NCBI GenBank assembly: GCA_963664115.2
Contig: CAXWPJ010000010.1
Coordinates: 256,001 to 320,000 of the forward strand
Length of the DNA: 64,000 nucleotides
Source: Terriglobia bacterium
GTDB taxonomy: Bacteria > Acidobacteriota > Terriglobia > 20CM-2-55-15
Direction: 5' to 3'
In this document: piece by piece, positions 18,633-29,550 of the stretch
Numbering within the stretch: position 1 is the first letter of the stretch
Layout: every line of letters starts with the position of its first letter
Notes under the pieces: model-generated
The model's database searches: none
Told to the model about the DNA's origin: nothing
The model's input: only the letters and a program-made list of their open reading frames with translations
Program-made: the position numbers and the translations under genes

Positions 18633-19857
18633 GTGGGCCTGGGTGGCCCCCACCAGACTCGGCTTGTCTTTACTCGTTATCGCTGGCACCTTGTACACCC
18701 TGGCCTACCTCACACGTATTGGCTGGCTTTACATAGCAACCCCGTTGATCCTGGCCATCCTTCTATTGAATTTACTGCTTCCCCCTCTCAACGTTCGTGG
18801 GCTTACCGCTCGGCGTCATTTTAAGGGCTTCAATGACGGGAAACACGTGGAGCTATTCGAGGACGACACGCTGCTTGTGGAAATTCGACTGTCGCACCGG
18901 TCTCTACTCCCAAAAATCGTCCTCACACTCCGGGAATTCTTCCCATGTGCGGCGCCTGGAAAAGAGGAACATGGCTACCTCATCGGTGCCCTGCCACCTC
19001 GAGGCAGTTCTGTAGTGAGTCACGAGCTGACCTGTTACCGTCGAGGACGGTACTCTTTCCCGCCACTTGAGGTAGAGTCGTCAGCGCCCTTCGGATTGTT
19101 TCGATCAGTGCGCGCTATCGATGCGCCGATGGAAATAACGGTTTATCCGAAGGCCTTACCCCTGGAAGTCGCTCCGAACCAAGGCGCTCTAGTAGGCGAT
19201 GCGACCGGATTCAGTCGGCCAAGTTTTTCCGGAGAGGTTCGAAGCTCCCGGGAGTTTCAGCAATCTGACGATCTCCGACACATCCATTGGAGAAATTCGG
19301 CAAGAAGCGGGCAACTGATGGTGAAAGAGTTTGACCAGACACCTCGGGGAGAAGTGAGAATGGCGCTCAATCCGGGAGTGAACCTTGGCTGGGGTCGGGA
19401 GACAACGCTGGAGTACGCGATAAAAATTGGGGCAAGCCTGGCGCGATACTCCTTCAACGAGGGACGACAATTTCGAATGTGGCCCGGGGGTGTAGGAGCA
19501 GACCTCACAACCTGGCACAAGGTATTGGAGCACTTGGCACGCATACGCGCCGAACCGCAACCGTCAGTTAGTGAATCACTCAGCTATAGAGGCCCCCATG
19601 GGATCTCAGTCGTAGCCGTTTCATCGGCCGACGAAGACTCGATTCGACAGCTTCAGCAATTACGCTATCCCAGAGGGATTGTAGTCGTCATCATGGAAGG
19701 GTTCGATTCGCGAGAAGACTTAGAGGCTTCGGACAAGATCGCCCGTCACGGCCTGGACGTGATCGGGTGCAAGGTGAAGGAACTTCCCAAGGCTCTCGGA
19801 ACTCTTGGCAAGCTCTTGGAATTACAAGGGGCATCGATAGCGACGCCCCTGCTGTAG
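18598..19857 (+). CDS. DUF58 domain protein
   Basis: RRGRY, PFGLF, VYP, REF..SDDLRHIHWRNSAR.GQLMVKEF; follows MoxR. Confidence 0.9.
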   Translation: MRFLTAYLSRSRWAWVAPTRLGLSLLVIAGTLYTLAYLTRIGWLYIATPLILAILLLNLLLPPLNVRGLTARRHFKGFNDGKHVELFEDDTLLVEIRLSHRSLLPKIVLTLREFFPCAAPGKEEHGYLIGALPPRGSSVVSHELTCYRRGRYSFPPLEVESSAPFGLFRSVRAIDAPMEITVYPKALPLEVAPNQGALVGDATGFSRPSFSGEVRSSREFQQSDDLRHIHWRNSARSGQLMVKEFDQTPRGEVRMALNPGVNLGWGRETTLEYAIKIGASLARYSFNEGRQFRMWPGGVGADLTTWHKVLEHLARIRAEPQPSVSESLSYRGPHGISVVAVSSADEDSIRQLQQLRYPRGIVVVIMEGFDSREDLEASDKIARHGLDVIGCKVKELPKALGTLGKLLELQGASIATPLL

Positions 19858-19893
19858 AGTCCGGTCATATTTGGATTTCCAGCAAGTGAACAC

Positions 19894-22098
19894 TTGAGAT
19901 CAACGATCTTTACACAGCTTACTGCACCCGCCTCTGACGCAGGCTGGAAGGGGTGTCGGTGGCAAAGCAGATGCTTCCTGCACGTGCTTACCTTCGCCGC
20001 TACAGCCGTGGCTTTCGGCGCAGTCTCGTGGACATCCGGGGGCAATCTTCTCTACGTCCTGCTCATATTTGTCGTAGGCCTGGGGCACCTCATTTCCATC
20101 CGCTTCAAAGAGCGAGAGTTCCGATTCAAACTGGCAATGTACGCAGCAGCGCTATTGCTGATCTGGGCCATGTGGACGGAATTGATTGTAATTGTCACGG
20201 GTGGCTCACTCTTCTTGATGGCGAAGCTACTCGCCGTTTTCCAGGTCATGACGAGCTTCAGCCTACGCTCCTTGCGCAGCCTTTATGACTCTTTCCTCCT
20301 CAGCATGGCAGTGGTCCTTCTGGTAAGTGAGGCCGCCCTCACGCCCTTTTTTCTTGTTTTCATATTTGCGTTTGCCATCGTGGCACTGATCTTTCTCGCA
20401 GCAGCGAACTCCATCAGGGAGTCGATTCGAATTGAGCGTTTGATCTCGACTCGAATGACGGGGCAGGCAATCGCCATCCCGGGACTGATCTTGATAGCGG
20501 TGATAGCGAGTCTCGGAATCTTTCTCGTTGTCCCCCAAGCCTACCTGCTCCGGGACGCGTCGCCACTCCCCAGTCGCCTGGATCTTGCCGTTGGCCGCCC
20601 CACAACACCCGCACCTGTGGCTGACGGCGACGCCACCGAATCCAGCGGATTCCTGCCTTCTCAGGTACAAAACAGTACTCTCGACACGTCGTTGGTTGGC
20701 ATTCTTCCTGCGTCCGATTACACCACATTGGGATACACAGGTGAACGTGAAGACGACATTGTGATGTACGTTCGGAGTCCATTAGCCAGTTTCTGGCGCG
20801 GCCAGGTCCTCGAAGAATATGACGGGAGAGGCTGGAAGAGGTCCGATTCGGTACCGCAGATCGAGGTGGACAGACTTGGAAGACTCAGGTTCAGCGATAC
20901 GGTACCCACAGGGCTGGGCCTTGGACGCTACGTACAAACCTTCGCCCCTCAAGTGACACAAGCGGACGCGGTCTTCACAGGGTATAGCCCGGGATATGTC
21001 GCCCTTTTGAACGCACCGGGAGCCCTGGGATTTTCTGCCGGCGTTCCTCAGAGCATCGAGCAGCTGCGTGAGGCCACCCGTTACAGCGTGACATCCGCCG
21101 TGCCCAACCTGAAGCCGGACCAACTGGTCTTCGATTTCGTCGATTCCGCATACCTAGAAACCCAGGAACCTGTCGTGGTTCCCCAACGGGTCGAGGACCT
21201 AGCCAACGAGATCGTTGCGGGATCCACTTCGGATTTTCAGAAGGCGGCTCGACTTGAGCAGTATCTGCTCGTTAACTTTCGATACGACCTGCGTGTCCCT
21301 CAGCTCTCACCGTTTAACGATGTAGTTGACGAATTTCTCTTTGGACGACAGGCGGGCTATTGCGCGCAGTTCGCAACTACGATGGCGGTGATGGCAAGAC
21401 TGGTTGGTCTGCCGGCTCGCATCGCCACCGGTTACGTCCCCGGCGTTTACAACAGTTTGACTGGTGCCCACACCGTTCGATTTCAAGACGCCCACGCCTG
21501 GGTCGAAATAAAGTTCATCGGACATGGGTGGGTCGCCTTCGATCCAACTCCCCGGCCCGATTCCCCATGGGCTCTGGACGTCGGTTCCATAGGTGCTACG
21601 AGGACTGTCCAGGATGTTATGCGAAGTCAGTTCACGGGCTTTTTTCTGGGAATACCCGGTGCCGCGACTGCCGCGGTTGCTCGATTGACCACCAACAGGC
21701 AACTGCCGGGGATCATAGTGGTCATACTCTCAGCCTGCGTCGTATTTGTAGCGCTCTGGATGTCATTCGCAAGGCTCAGTCTGAGGCGGGCGCGCAACGA
21801 ACACGTTCACGGATACAAATTGCTTGACGGATCTTCTCGTCGTGAGGTGGTGCGAGCCTATTTGAAAGCCTTGAACTTGATGAAACGTAAAGGATATCCC
21901 GGTAGACAGGTACATGAGAGCCCGGCGGATTACGTCACCGAGCTCGAGTCGCAGGACTTTCCAGTGCCGGCTGCGGTTCGTGGAATCACCGAACTGGCGA
22001 CACGGGCCCTGTACGATCCCAGTTCTCCGGACCCGGACAGTGTTGATGCAAGTTGGAAGCTCCTGCATACCCTGAGGGCCTACCCCAAGCTCACGTAA
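19894..22098 (+). CDS. Membrane transglutaminase-like protein (TgpA/DUF3488-type)
   Basis: N-terminal TMs; catalytic triad motifs GYCAQFAT, DAHAWVE, FDPTP. Confidence 0.9.
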   Translation: MRSTIFTQLTAPASDAGWKGCRWQSRCFLHVLTFAATAVAFGAVSWTSGGNLLYVLLIFVVGLGHLISIRFKEREFRFKLAMYAAALLLIWAMWTELIVIVTGGSLFLMAKLLAVFQVMTSFSLRSLRSLYDSFLLSMAVVLLVSEAALTPFFLVFIFAFAIVALIFLAAANSIRESIRIERLISTRMTGQAIAIPGLILIAVIASLGIFLVVPQAYLLRDASPLPSRLDLAVGRPTTPAPVADGDATESSGFLPSQVQNSTLDTSLVGILPASDYTTLGYTGEREDDIVMYVRSPLASFWRGQVLEEYDGRGWKRSDSVPQIEVDRLGRLRFSDTVPTGLGLGRYVQTFAPQVTQADAVFTGYSPGYVALLNAPGALGFSAGVPQSIEQLREATRYSVTSAVPNLKPDQLVFDFVDSAYLETQEPVVVPQRVEDLANEIVAGSTSDFQKAARLEQYLLVNFRYDLRVPQLSPFNDVVDEFLFGRQAGYCAQFATTMAVMARLVGLPARIATGYVPGVYNSLTGAHTVRFQDAHAWVEIKFIGHGWVAFDPTPRPDSPWALDVGSIGATRTVQDVMRSQFTGFFLGIPGAATAAVARLTTNRQLPGIIVVILSACVVFVALWMSFARLSLRRARNEHVHGYKLLDGSSRREVVRAYLKALNLMKRKGYPGRQVHESPADYVTELESQDFPVPAAVRGITELATRALYDPSSPDPDSVDASWKLLHTLRAYPKLT

Positions 22099-22185
22099 GG
22101 CATCATCAATCCGAGACAAGCCTCAGCTTCCCGGTCAATTTGACAGCCGACCATACTGCATCTCTAATCGAACAAGGAGGAATCA

Positions 22186-22530
22186 ATGACTACATCGAAC
22201 CCGCGGGAGGCACTCGGCTACGTAGCGCCGAAGCTGCTTGATCTGACCGAGCAAGTCCTTTATGGCGATGTTTGGGAGCGTTCCGGTCTCTCCAAACGCG
22301 ACCGCAGTCTAATTACGCTCTCAACCTTGATTGCGCTGAATCGAACTGCAGTGATACCTCTCCATCTTGAACGGGCGCTTGAAAACGGAGTGACGAAAGA
22401 TGAAATCGCGGAGCTGATTACGCATCTGGCATTCTACTCGGGATGGCCGACCGCGGTGTCGGCGTCGCTGCTGGCGAAAGAGGTATTCCAGCAGGCCGAG
22501 GGCGAAGACTCGGGCGAATCAGGGAATTAA
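22186..22530 (+). CDS. Carboxymuconolactone decarboxylase family protein
   Basis: LYGDVWER.GLS.RDRSLIT, HL.RAL.NG.T..EI.E.ITHLAFYSGWP. Confidence 0.9.
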   Translation: MTTSNPREALGYVAPKLLDLTEQVLYGDVWERSGLSKRDRSLITLSTLIALNRTAVIPLHLERALENGVTKDEIAELITHLAFYSGWPTAVSASLLAKEVFQQAEGEDSGESGN

Positions 22531-23325
22531 CGGGACGAGCGGAATCACAAAAACCAGAGAGAACGACCACCTGCTGGCATCGTCGAGGAACAGTTCATTG
22601 CCGATTCGATCACCGGCACGAGGGAGTCCTGTAGCCACGTAGTCGAGCGATCCTTCAAGTTCGACGTTCCGCAACCAGTTTCCCGTCGGCAGCCAATTAA
22701 AAATATTCACGCCGGTATCCACCTCGAAGTTCAGCTTATGCGTATAGGCACTCGCATCCATAGGACGCTCAGAGGGGCTGATCTTGTCGATGATGTCAAA
22801 GTGACTTCCGACCCAACCACCCGTAGCTTCACTCGTCAGCCATTCCAGATTCAGTTCAAGCTCTATTTCGGGCGTGTTGTCGCGGATGGAGGTCCGCCCC
22901 AGCTCTGCCGCCGTCCGACCCGAAAACGGGTTTGCTTCGCCCGACGCAAACGGGGCGATAATGGCCTCGAATGTGAATCCGACTCTAGGTATCTCCGTGG
23001 GGATATCCAGGGCCACCACAGTTTCGAAAACCACTTCACGTTCTGCCTGCGCTATCCCTACCTGAACGTCGCCGTTCATCACGGCCACGCGGTGTCTACT
23101 GAAAAGGTTTTCAACCGTAAACGTTGGCTCGATTTTCAACTCGGGTGCACAAAAGAAAAAGCAGTCGTCAGTGTCCTGTGCAGCGAGCGGCATCGCGACA
23201 CACCACATCAGCACGACGACAATGAACGCCCGGCCTATTGGCGTCCCCAACCCAACGCCGCCCCGCAGTTGCCGACGCGCCAGGGGGATACGTTTTCCCA
23301 CCGTGACAACTCCTCCACCGCCCAT
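22519..23325 (-). CDS. Secreted hypothetical protein
   Basis: Signal-like segment ending PLAAQ, then a beta-rich body. Start uncertain; 12-bp convergent overlap with the CMD gene. Confidence 0.6.
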   Translation of the reverse strand: MGGGGVVTVGKRIPLARRQLRGGVGLGTPIGRAFIVVVLMWCVAMPLAAQDTDDCFFFCAPELKIEPTFTVENLFSRHRVAVMNGDVQVGIAQAEREVVFETVVALDIPTEIPRVGFTFEAIIAPFASGEANPFSGRTAAELGRTSIRDNTPEIELELNLEWLTSEATGGWVGSHFDIIDKISPSERPMDASAYTHKLNFEVDTGVNIFNWLPTGNWLRNVELEGSLDYVATGLPRAGDRIGNELFLDDASRWSFSLVFVIPLVPLIP

Positions 23326-23374
23326 TTGTTTGATTCCCCCGAGTGACAGCTAGTGATTTCGCTTCGTCCGGGTC

Positions 23375-23860
23375 CTATTCGGGGCCGGCCTCGGGGTTGA
23401 GTTGAGTGGTTGCCACCGGACCCATGCCGATGATCTCAACAATGACGGCCTCGTCCCGAGCTCCATCGTAGTGAATACCACCGGCAGGGTGCTTTACAAA
23501 GCTGCCAGCCTTCATCGGCACCATCTTCTCCGGGTCGTAGACTGCGGCATCGGGACCGAGCGCAACCCACCATGTCCCTTCAATCACCGTGATGTATCTA
23601 TCCTGGCTGTGAAAATGCGGGCGACTGCTCCCCCCGGGAGCGAATCGATTCCGATAGACATAGATGCCGGGCTCATCGGGGTGGCCGGTGATATACACGC
23701 GGGTAAGCTCTTCTCGAATCTCCGGGCTCACCTCCTCAGGCTGAAGAGCGATAAACCCTTCTTCGTCCGGTTCTCCAACCGGGCTCTGGCCCAAGGCCCA
23801 AGGCCCGGTCACCAGAAACATTCCGAAAACAACGGCCAAGGACTTTCCTCCTATCGACAT
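23375..23860 (-). CDS. Secreted cupin domain protein
   Basis: PHFHSQDRYITVIEGTWW, GSFVKHPAGGIHYDGA; signal peptide from ATG 23860. Confidence 0.85.
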   Translation of the reverse strand: MSIGGKSLAVVFGMFLVTGPWALGQSPVGEPDEEGFIALQPEEVSPEIREELTRVYITGHPDEPGIYVYRNRFAPGGSSRPHFHSQDRYITVIEGTWWVALGPDAAVYDPEKMVPMKAGSFVKHPAGGIHYDGARDEAVIVEIIGMGPVATTQLNPEAGPE

Positions 23861-24137
23861 CGCTCGTACCCCCTCGTCCCGGTGACTCGGTAATAATGTG
23901 ACTACATTCGGAGGCAGGACCGCCTCCTTGATGTTTTCCACAAAGACTCGGGAGATCATATAAAACACGTCCGTTGCGGTCAAAGCATTAAAGCAAAAGA
24001 CCGCGCCTACGCTCCGGGTTTCAGCAGTCTTCCAACCTGAAGTTGGGCATCGGGTCCGACAGCCCCTCGTGGTGTCCACCACTGACGAAACTGATATGAT
24101 TAGAGAGCGGCAATCATCGATTTGAGAGGACGGACCC

Positions 24138-24446
24138 ATGCCTTATTGGTGGCCTGCAGTGGTGTTTGGATGGCCTCCGATTATTTTGTCCCTGGCACTG
24201 GCCGTAACGGGTGTGGCTTTACGCAAACCCAAGCTGGGCCTGGTGTCGGCCGCCCTGGCACTTCCGTTTAGTCACTACCTCACCGGTGCCGCAAACTCGA
24301 TAGCCCTTGCCGGTCTTGCCATGCCGGTCGCGCTGGCCGGGAGCGCATATGCGGTTCACCGCAATGTATTGCGGGTGGCTTGGGGCTTACTTGCTGCACT
24401 GATGTCGATCTTGATCCTGCTGTCTCTAAGTGTCTTTTTTTCGTGA
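24138..24446 (+). CDS. Small hypothetical membrane protein
   Basis: 102 aa, very hydrophobic, GAGGA RBS. Confidence 0.6.
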   Translation: MPYWWPAVVFGWPPIILSLALAVTGVALRKPKLGLVSAALALPFSHYLTGAANSIALAGLAMPVALAGSAYAVHRNVLRVAWGLLAALMSILILLSLSVFFS

Positions 24447-24590
24447 GAGAATCTCGACTGACAACGCGTCTGTCCCGGAAACCCTTGGCCCGAAGGTTTT
24501 CACATCGCTGTTGAACTTCGATCCGTCGATCGCTAGAGTGTTGCCCTTGAACCGAAACAATATCCGTGTACCAACGGGAGGAAACAAGCC

Positions 24591-25262
24591 ATGGGACAGA
24601 TGATTGACCTTGAGACACAAGACGGCCAGACTATTTCCGCTTATCGCGCCGAGCCGGAAGGCGAACCGCGTGGTGGATTGGTCGTGATACAGGAAATATG
24701 GGGAGTCAACAGCCATATCCGCAGTGTGGCGGACGGGTATGCCGCCGAAGGTTATCTGGTCATCGCACCCGCAATATTCGATCGTATCGAGGGCGGCGTA
24801 ACAATGGATGAGTACACTCAGGAGACGATGCAAAAGGGCTTCGGCTACATGGAAAAGGTCGACGAAGACAAAGCCCTTCTTGATATTCGTGCGGCAGTGG
24901 AAACGGCGGCAGGCGCCGGTAATGTGGGTGTCGTGGGCTTCTGTTTCGGCGGGCGTATGACGTGGCTTTCCGCTTCACGCATCGATGGGATCGCGGCAGC
25001 GGTACCCTATTACGGCGGGGGCGTTCCCGATCTGGCCTCTGAACAACCCAAGTGCCCGGTCGTCCTCCATTTCGGCGAACAGGATCAGCACATCCCGGTG
25101 GCCTCGGTCGAGGAATTCAAGAAGGTGCATCCGTCGCTGCCCGTGCATATCTATGATGCGGACCACGGCTTCAATTGCGATCAGCGGGATTCCTACAACG
25201 CTGCCGCCTCCAAGTTGGCGCGCGAACGCACCCTGGAATTATTGCATCAGCATGTGGGCTGA
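24591..25262 (+). CDS. Dienelactone hydrolase family protein
   Basis: VIQEIWGVN.HI, GFCFGG nucleophile, HFGE.D, ADHGFNCD.R. Confidence 0.95.
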   Translation: MGQMIDLETQDGQTISAYRAEPEGEPRGGLVVIQEIWGVNSHIRSVADGYAAEGYLVIAPAIFDRIEGGVTMDEYTQETMQKGFGYMEKVDEDKALLDIRAAVETAAGAGNVGVVGFCFGGRMTWLSASRIDGIAAAVPYYGGGVPDLASEQPKCPVVLHFGEQDQHIPVASVEEFKKVHPSLPVHIYDADHGFNCDQRDSYNAAASKLARERTLELLHQHVG

Positions 25263-25326
25263 CCCCTACGCCTCAGAATGTCTGGCAGCAGAAGACTCCG
25301 GATAGCGCGGAGGATGGGGTCCCTTC

Positions 25327-26220
25327 ATGTCCCCCGCTAACCGCGCCTGGCTGCAGATCCATTTCTGCGTTGTTCTTTGGGGATTCACCGCGATCCTTGG
25401 CAAAGTAATCACCCTGCCTGCCCTACCGATCGTCTGGTGGCGGATGACGCTCGTGACGGTGGCGCTAATGTTTTTCGGGCGCTTCTGGACCGGGATTGGG
25501 AAACTGTCGCCCCGCCTAATGGCGACATACGCCGGCATCGGTGTGCTCGTGGCCATGCATTGGCTCACGTTTTACGGTGCAATCAAGTTGTCCAACGCTT
25601 CGGTTGGCGTTGCTTGTATGGCGCTGGCCCCTCTGTTCGTTGCTTTCGTCGAGCCTATAGTCGTCAGACGCCGCTTCGAAATACGTGAACTGCTGTTCGG
25701 ACTGGCAGTGATCCCGGGCATTGTGCTTGTGGTCGGCGGCACTCCGGTGGGAATGCGAGCGGGGATTTCAGTAGGGATATTATCCGCTTTCCTGGTGGCC
25801 ATCTTCACGTCGCTCAACAAACGCTTTGTCGAAGGCAGTGATGCGTTGAGCATCACGGGTCTGGAAATGGGCGCAGGAACCGTTTTTTTGACGCTGGCGG
25901 CACCGATGTTGCCCATGTTCGGTGCGGTGTTCGTCTTGCCGGCCGTCCAAGATGCCCTACTGCTACTTGTACTGGCAATAGGATGCACGCTGCTACCCTA
26001 CGCGCTGTCGCTGGTCGCGCTACGGCACTTGTCGGCCTTCACGACGACACTGGCGGTCAACATGGAACCGGTGTACGGAATCGGACTGGCCATCATCCTG
26101 CTCGGCGAGCAGAGGGAACTGGACCCCGTTTTTTACGCAGGGGTTGCGATCATTTTCCTCGTCGTTTTCGGTCACCCATTCATAGCACGTCGACTCGAGC
26201 CTCCCCCCGCCGCTCTCTAA
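25327..26220 (+). CDS. DMT/EamA family transporter
   Basis: About 10 TMs; LWGFTAILGK, HWLTFY.AIK, NMEPVYGI. Confidence 0.9.
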   Translation: MSPANRAWLQIHFCVVLWGFTAILGKVITLPALPIVWWRMTLVTVALMFFGRFWTGIGKLSPRLMATYAGIGVLVAMHWLTFYGAIKLSNASVGVACMALAPLFVAFVEPIVVRRRFEIRELLFGLAVIPGIVLVVGGTPVGMRAGISVGILSAFLVAIFTSLNKRFVEGSDALSITGLEMGAGTVFLTLAAPMLPMFGAVFVLPAVQDALLLLVLAIGCTLLPYALSLVALRHLSAFTTTLAVNMEPVYGIGLAIILLGEQRELDPVFYAGVAIIFLVVFGHPFIARRLEPPPAAL

Positions 26221-26269
26221 GTTGCCGTTTTGAGGCAGTCAAAGCCGGCGTCGACGGGCACACATGGTT

Positions 26270-26578
26270 TCAGACTTCGATCTCGATGTCGTCGTCGGTG
26301 ACACGAACTTTGTAGCAAGCGACACTGCCGGATGCCGGAGGCGACAGCGCTTCACCGGTTGTGACATCAAACTTGGCCGCGTGCCATGGGCAAGTGACGA
26401 CGTTCCCGGCAACAGGACCGTCCGACAACGGACCGCCCTGGTGGGTGCACGCGCCGCCAATCGCATAGTAGGCTCCGTCTACATAGAAGACGGCAACCTG
26501 CTTGCCAGCCACATCCACTGCGTTCCCTTGCTCGGGGGCAATCTCCGCTTTGCCTGCCACTTTCATGAACTCTGCCAT
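26270..26578 (-). CDS. Rieske-type [2Fe-2S] ferredoxin
   Basis: CTH and CPWH motifs. Confidence 0.93.
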   Translation of the reverse strand: MAEFMKVAGKAEIAPEQGNAVDVAGKQVAVFYVDGAYYAIGGACTHQGGPLSDGPVAGNVVTCPWHAAKFDVTTGEALSPPASGSVACYKVRVTDDDIEIEV

Positions 26579-26693
26579 TTCAAGCCTCCTTGATCCTCAA
26601 CTGACAATCGTAGGCCTTAACCTTAAAAACGCTCGGCAACGACATACCATAGCATTCCTGTTCATGACTAAATAGTGCTGGATGAGCCCCTAA

Positions 26694-27487
26694 CAGCCCG
26701 TGGTGAAAGTCGGTTTCATAGTATTTAGAAGAAGGACCGGATGCGACCATATCGCGAGGAACATTGAGGTAAGGAGACCGCGCTATGGGAATGGGACGAA
26801 GAAAGGACCGACAGGAGACGTTGTGGGTGGCGACGGCGGAGTTGCCGCGAACCGCGGGCCACGTGTTCTATGAACGGGTGAACCGAATCCTGAATGAGAC
26901 GAATTTCGACCGGTTCGTCGAGGATGCCTGCGAGAAGTTCTACGCCGCAGTGATGGGTCGGCCGAGCCTGGCACCGGGCAGGTATTTTCGGATGCTGCTG
27001 GTCGGCTACTTTGAAGGGATCGATTCGGAGCGGGGAATCGCATGGCGGTGTGCCGATTCTCTGAGCTTGCGGGAATTTCTGGGATTGGGACTGAGCGACG
27101 CGGTGGCGGATCATTCGACGGTGTCGCGAACCCGACGGCTGATCGATCTGGAAACGCATGGAAAGGTTTTTTCGTGGATGTTGGGCGTGTTGGCCAGTGA
27201 GGGCCTGATCGATGGGAAGACGGTGGGCGTGGATGCATCGACGCTGGAGGCGAATGCGGCGATGCGAACGATCGTGAGACGGGATACCGGAGAAGCCTAC
27301 AACGAGTTCCTGACACGGCTGGCGCAGGCGTCGGGCATTGAGACTCCGACCCAGGCCGAGCGGGCCCGGCTGGACCGAAAGCGCACGAAGAAGGGATCGA
27401 ACAAAGAGTGGGAACATCCCCACGACCCGGACGCGCGAATCACGAAGATGAAGGACGGCCGGACTGATCTGGCGCACAAGGTCGCAC
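26694..27487 (+). mobile_element. IS1182/IS5-like element: left end and truncated transposase (26785-27487), cut by IS3 copy 2
   Basis: Left IR CAGCCCGTGGTGAAAGTCG after CTAA; GRPSLAPGRYFRMLLVGYFEGIDSERGIAWR, DHSTVSRTR, VDASTLEANA, DPDARITKMKDGRT. Confidence 0.85.
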
Positions 27488-27551
27488 AGAGGTGGACCCC
27501 ATACGTTGGACAGCTTGGCAGCCAATTTAAGGTGGATTCCGCGGTTCATGT

Positions 27552-28400
27552 TTATGCTGCCGAGGTCAGTGGCCGTGTTCCCGCGTAGGCTTCGCTCGGC
27601 GTGAGATCGTCGAGTTTGGAATGCGGGCGGTCGTTATTGTAATAGTTCATCCAGACACCTATGTGGTGCCGGGCATCTTTGAAGTCACTGAAGGCGTTTA
27701 GATAAACGCATTCGTATTTGATCGAGCGCCATAGGCGTTCGATGAAAACGTTGTCGATCCATTGCCCCTTGCCGTCCATGGAGATCCGGATACCTCGTTC
27801 TTTAAGTCGGTCGGTCCAGGCCTTGCTGGTGAACTGGCTGCCCTGATCGGTGTTGAAGATTTCCGGACTGCCGTATTCCTCGATCGCCTCGTCGAGGGCT
27901 TCAAGGCAAAACGTCGTGTCCTGGGTGTTGGACAGCCGCCAGGACAACACCTTCCGCGTATGCCAGTCCATGATCGCGACCAGATATAAGAATCCGTGCG
28001 CCATCGGGATATACGTCACGTCGGTAGACCACGCTTGATTCGCCCGCTCCACGGCAATGTCGTTGAGTAGATATGGGTACACCGGATGAGCCGGGTTTCT
28101 CCGGGACGTCTGCGGTGCCACCGAGCGCAGCCCCATCAACCGCATTAGTCGGCGTACCCGCTTCCGGCCCACATCGTAGCCGAGACGTTTCAGATGACGC
28201 GTCATCTGCCTGGACCCATACCAGGGCATCTTCAGATACGCCTCGTCGATCACGCGCATCAGGTCCAGATTGCGATCACTCTCACCCCGTGGCCGATAGT
28301 ACCAACTCGAACGGCTCAACCCGATCAAGTCGCATTGCCGGACCACACTGAGCTGCTCATGGCCCGGTTCGACCACCTCGCGCCTTCGACCCAAGCTCAT
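27552..28400 (-). CDS. IS3 transposase OrfB
   Basis: Same as copy 1 except K8E. Confidence 0.95.
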   Translation of the reverse strand: MSLGRRREVVEPGHEQLSVVRQCDLIGLSRSSWYYRPRGESDRNLDLMRVIDEAYLKMPWYGSRQMTRHLKRLGYDVGRKRVRRLMRLMGLRSVAPQTSRRNPAHPVYPYLLNDIAVERANQAWSTDVTYIPMAHGFLYLVAIMDWHTRKVLSWRLSNTQDTTFCLEALDEAIEEYGSPEIFNTDQGSQFTSKAWTDRLKERGIRISMDGKGQWIDNVFIERLWRSIKYECVYLNAFSDFKDARHHIGVWMNYYNNDRPHSKLDDLTPSEAYAGTRPLTSAA

Positions 28401-28678
28401 CGATTGAAGGCTCGTGCTAAAAAATCCCGTTCCACGACCAGTTCACCGATCTTGGCCTGCAGGTCTTTGATCTCGTCCTCGTGGTTCCGGGCCGATGGAT
28501 CCCGGCCTCGCTGGAATCCTTCTTTAACGCTATCAAGCGCATCACGCTTCCACTTCGTGATCATGTTCGGATGGATCTTGTACCGCGCCGCCAATTCGGC
28601 CATCGTGCCGTCGCCACGCATCGCGGCCAGCGCTACCTTCGCTTTGAAATCTGCTGAAAAATTCCGTCGTTTCGCCAT
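28397..28678 (-). CDS. IS3 transposase OrfA
   Basis: Identical protein to copy 1. Confidence 0.95.
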   Translation of the reverse strand: MAKRRNFSADFKAKVALAAMRGDGTMAELAARYKIHPNMITKWKRDALDSVKEGFQRGRDPSARNHEDEIKDLQAKIGELVVERDFLARAFNR

Positions 28679-29159
28679 CGTCGTTAGGTCCTCTCATCTA
28701 TGCAGAGTCCACCTTATAACGCTGTCCTAATTTTGGGGGCCACTTCTGAGCATGCTCCCGCTTCGCGACAGTCAATGCCCAACCGATGGATGCGACGGCC
28801 ATTTGATAGAAATCGAGGAACCCCCGAAACATTTACTGGTCCGTTGCCCATGGTATCGCAAAGAGCGCCCACACCCATTGTCTTTGGGGGAAGAGTTAGA
28901 GGCGCTGGAACGCCTCAGATCAAATTCAAACTGACGCACTATCCTGTTGTTAGAAGGATGTCAGGACAAGTTGCTTCATCAACTCAGGGTTCTGGAAGCT
29001 CAAATTGATCACTTACACTTGTAGCGTCGTCTCGCACGCATCGACAGTTAGATTTCGATTCCTTTGATTTCTACTTAGCGCTTGATCAACCAGCAATCTG
29101 AAGGCAAGCCGGCCCGCAATGCGGGAAGGTTTATTGGCAGGTTCGGAACGCGTGGCTTC

Positions 29160-29375
29160 CTACCGGATGAAGAGCTTTGGGTACAACCACGTGGGAGAAA
29201 AAAAGAGCACCAATGCTGCTCCAGCAGTGACGGCCTGACCCAGTACTTCCCGGAATCCCATGCTTCGATCCACCAATGGAAGCACGAGAATAAAGATCAT
29301 GACTCCGGCAGCAACCCGCGCCAATTCTAGGGCGACGACAACTGTATGTTTCATGTGGTTTCTGCATCGTACCAA
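29160..29375 (-). CDS. Small hypothetical membrane protein
   Basis: Two hydrophobic segments; no family motif recognised. Confidence 0.35.
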   Translation of the reverse strand: MVRCRNHMKHTVVVALELARVAAGVMIFILVLPLVDRSMGFREVLGQAVTAGAALVLFFSPTWLYPKLFIR

Positions 29376-29550
29376 TCAGGCCATGAACCTGCAAGGAAAC
29401 AGAAGCGATAACTCAGCCAGACCTCAGCCCTGCGCTACCCGAAGACGCCCATACAAGTTGTAACCAATTGATTCCCTAAGACTAATTGACTTGAATCCAC
29501 GGACTACCTATCCGTGAAGGTGTTGCGATGACTGATATACGGAGCTTTAC

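Larger units (their letters stand above)
27488..28747 (-). mobile_element. IS3-family element, complete copy 2 (1,260 bp)
   Basis: Near-identical to 2414-3673 (two substitutions seen by eye). Flanks CAC/GAG, so no target duplication. Confidence 0.95.

Noticed and set aside
27488-27588. C-terminal 33 aa of ORF 26785..27588 as real transposase sequence
   Set aside because: It is read-through into the end of the inserted IS3 copy.
28748-28756. GAG CAT GCT (EHA) after the IS3 as the continuation of the IS1182-like transposase
   Set aside because: Only three codons match, it is out of frame with the left part, and the following sequence is unrelated.
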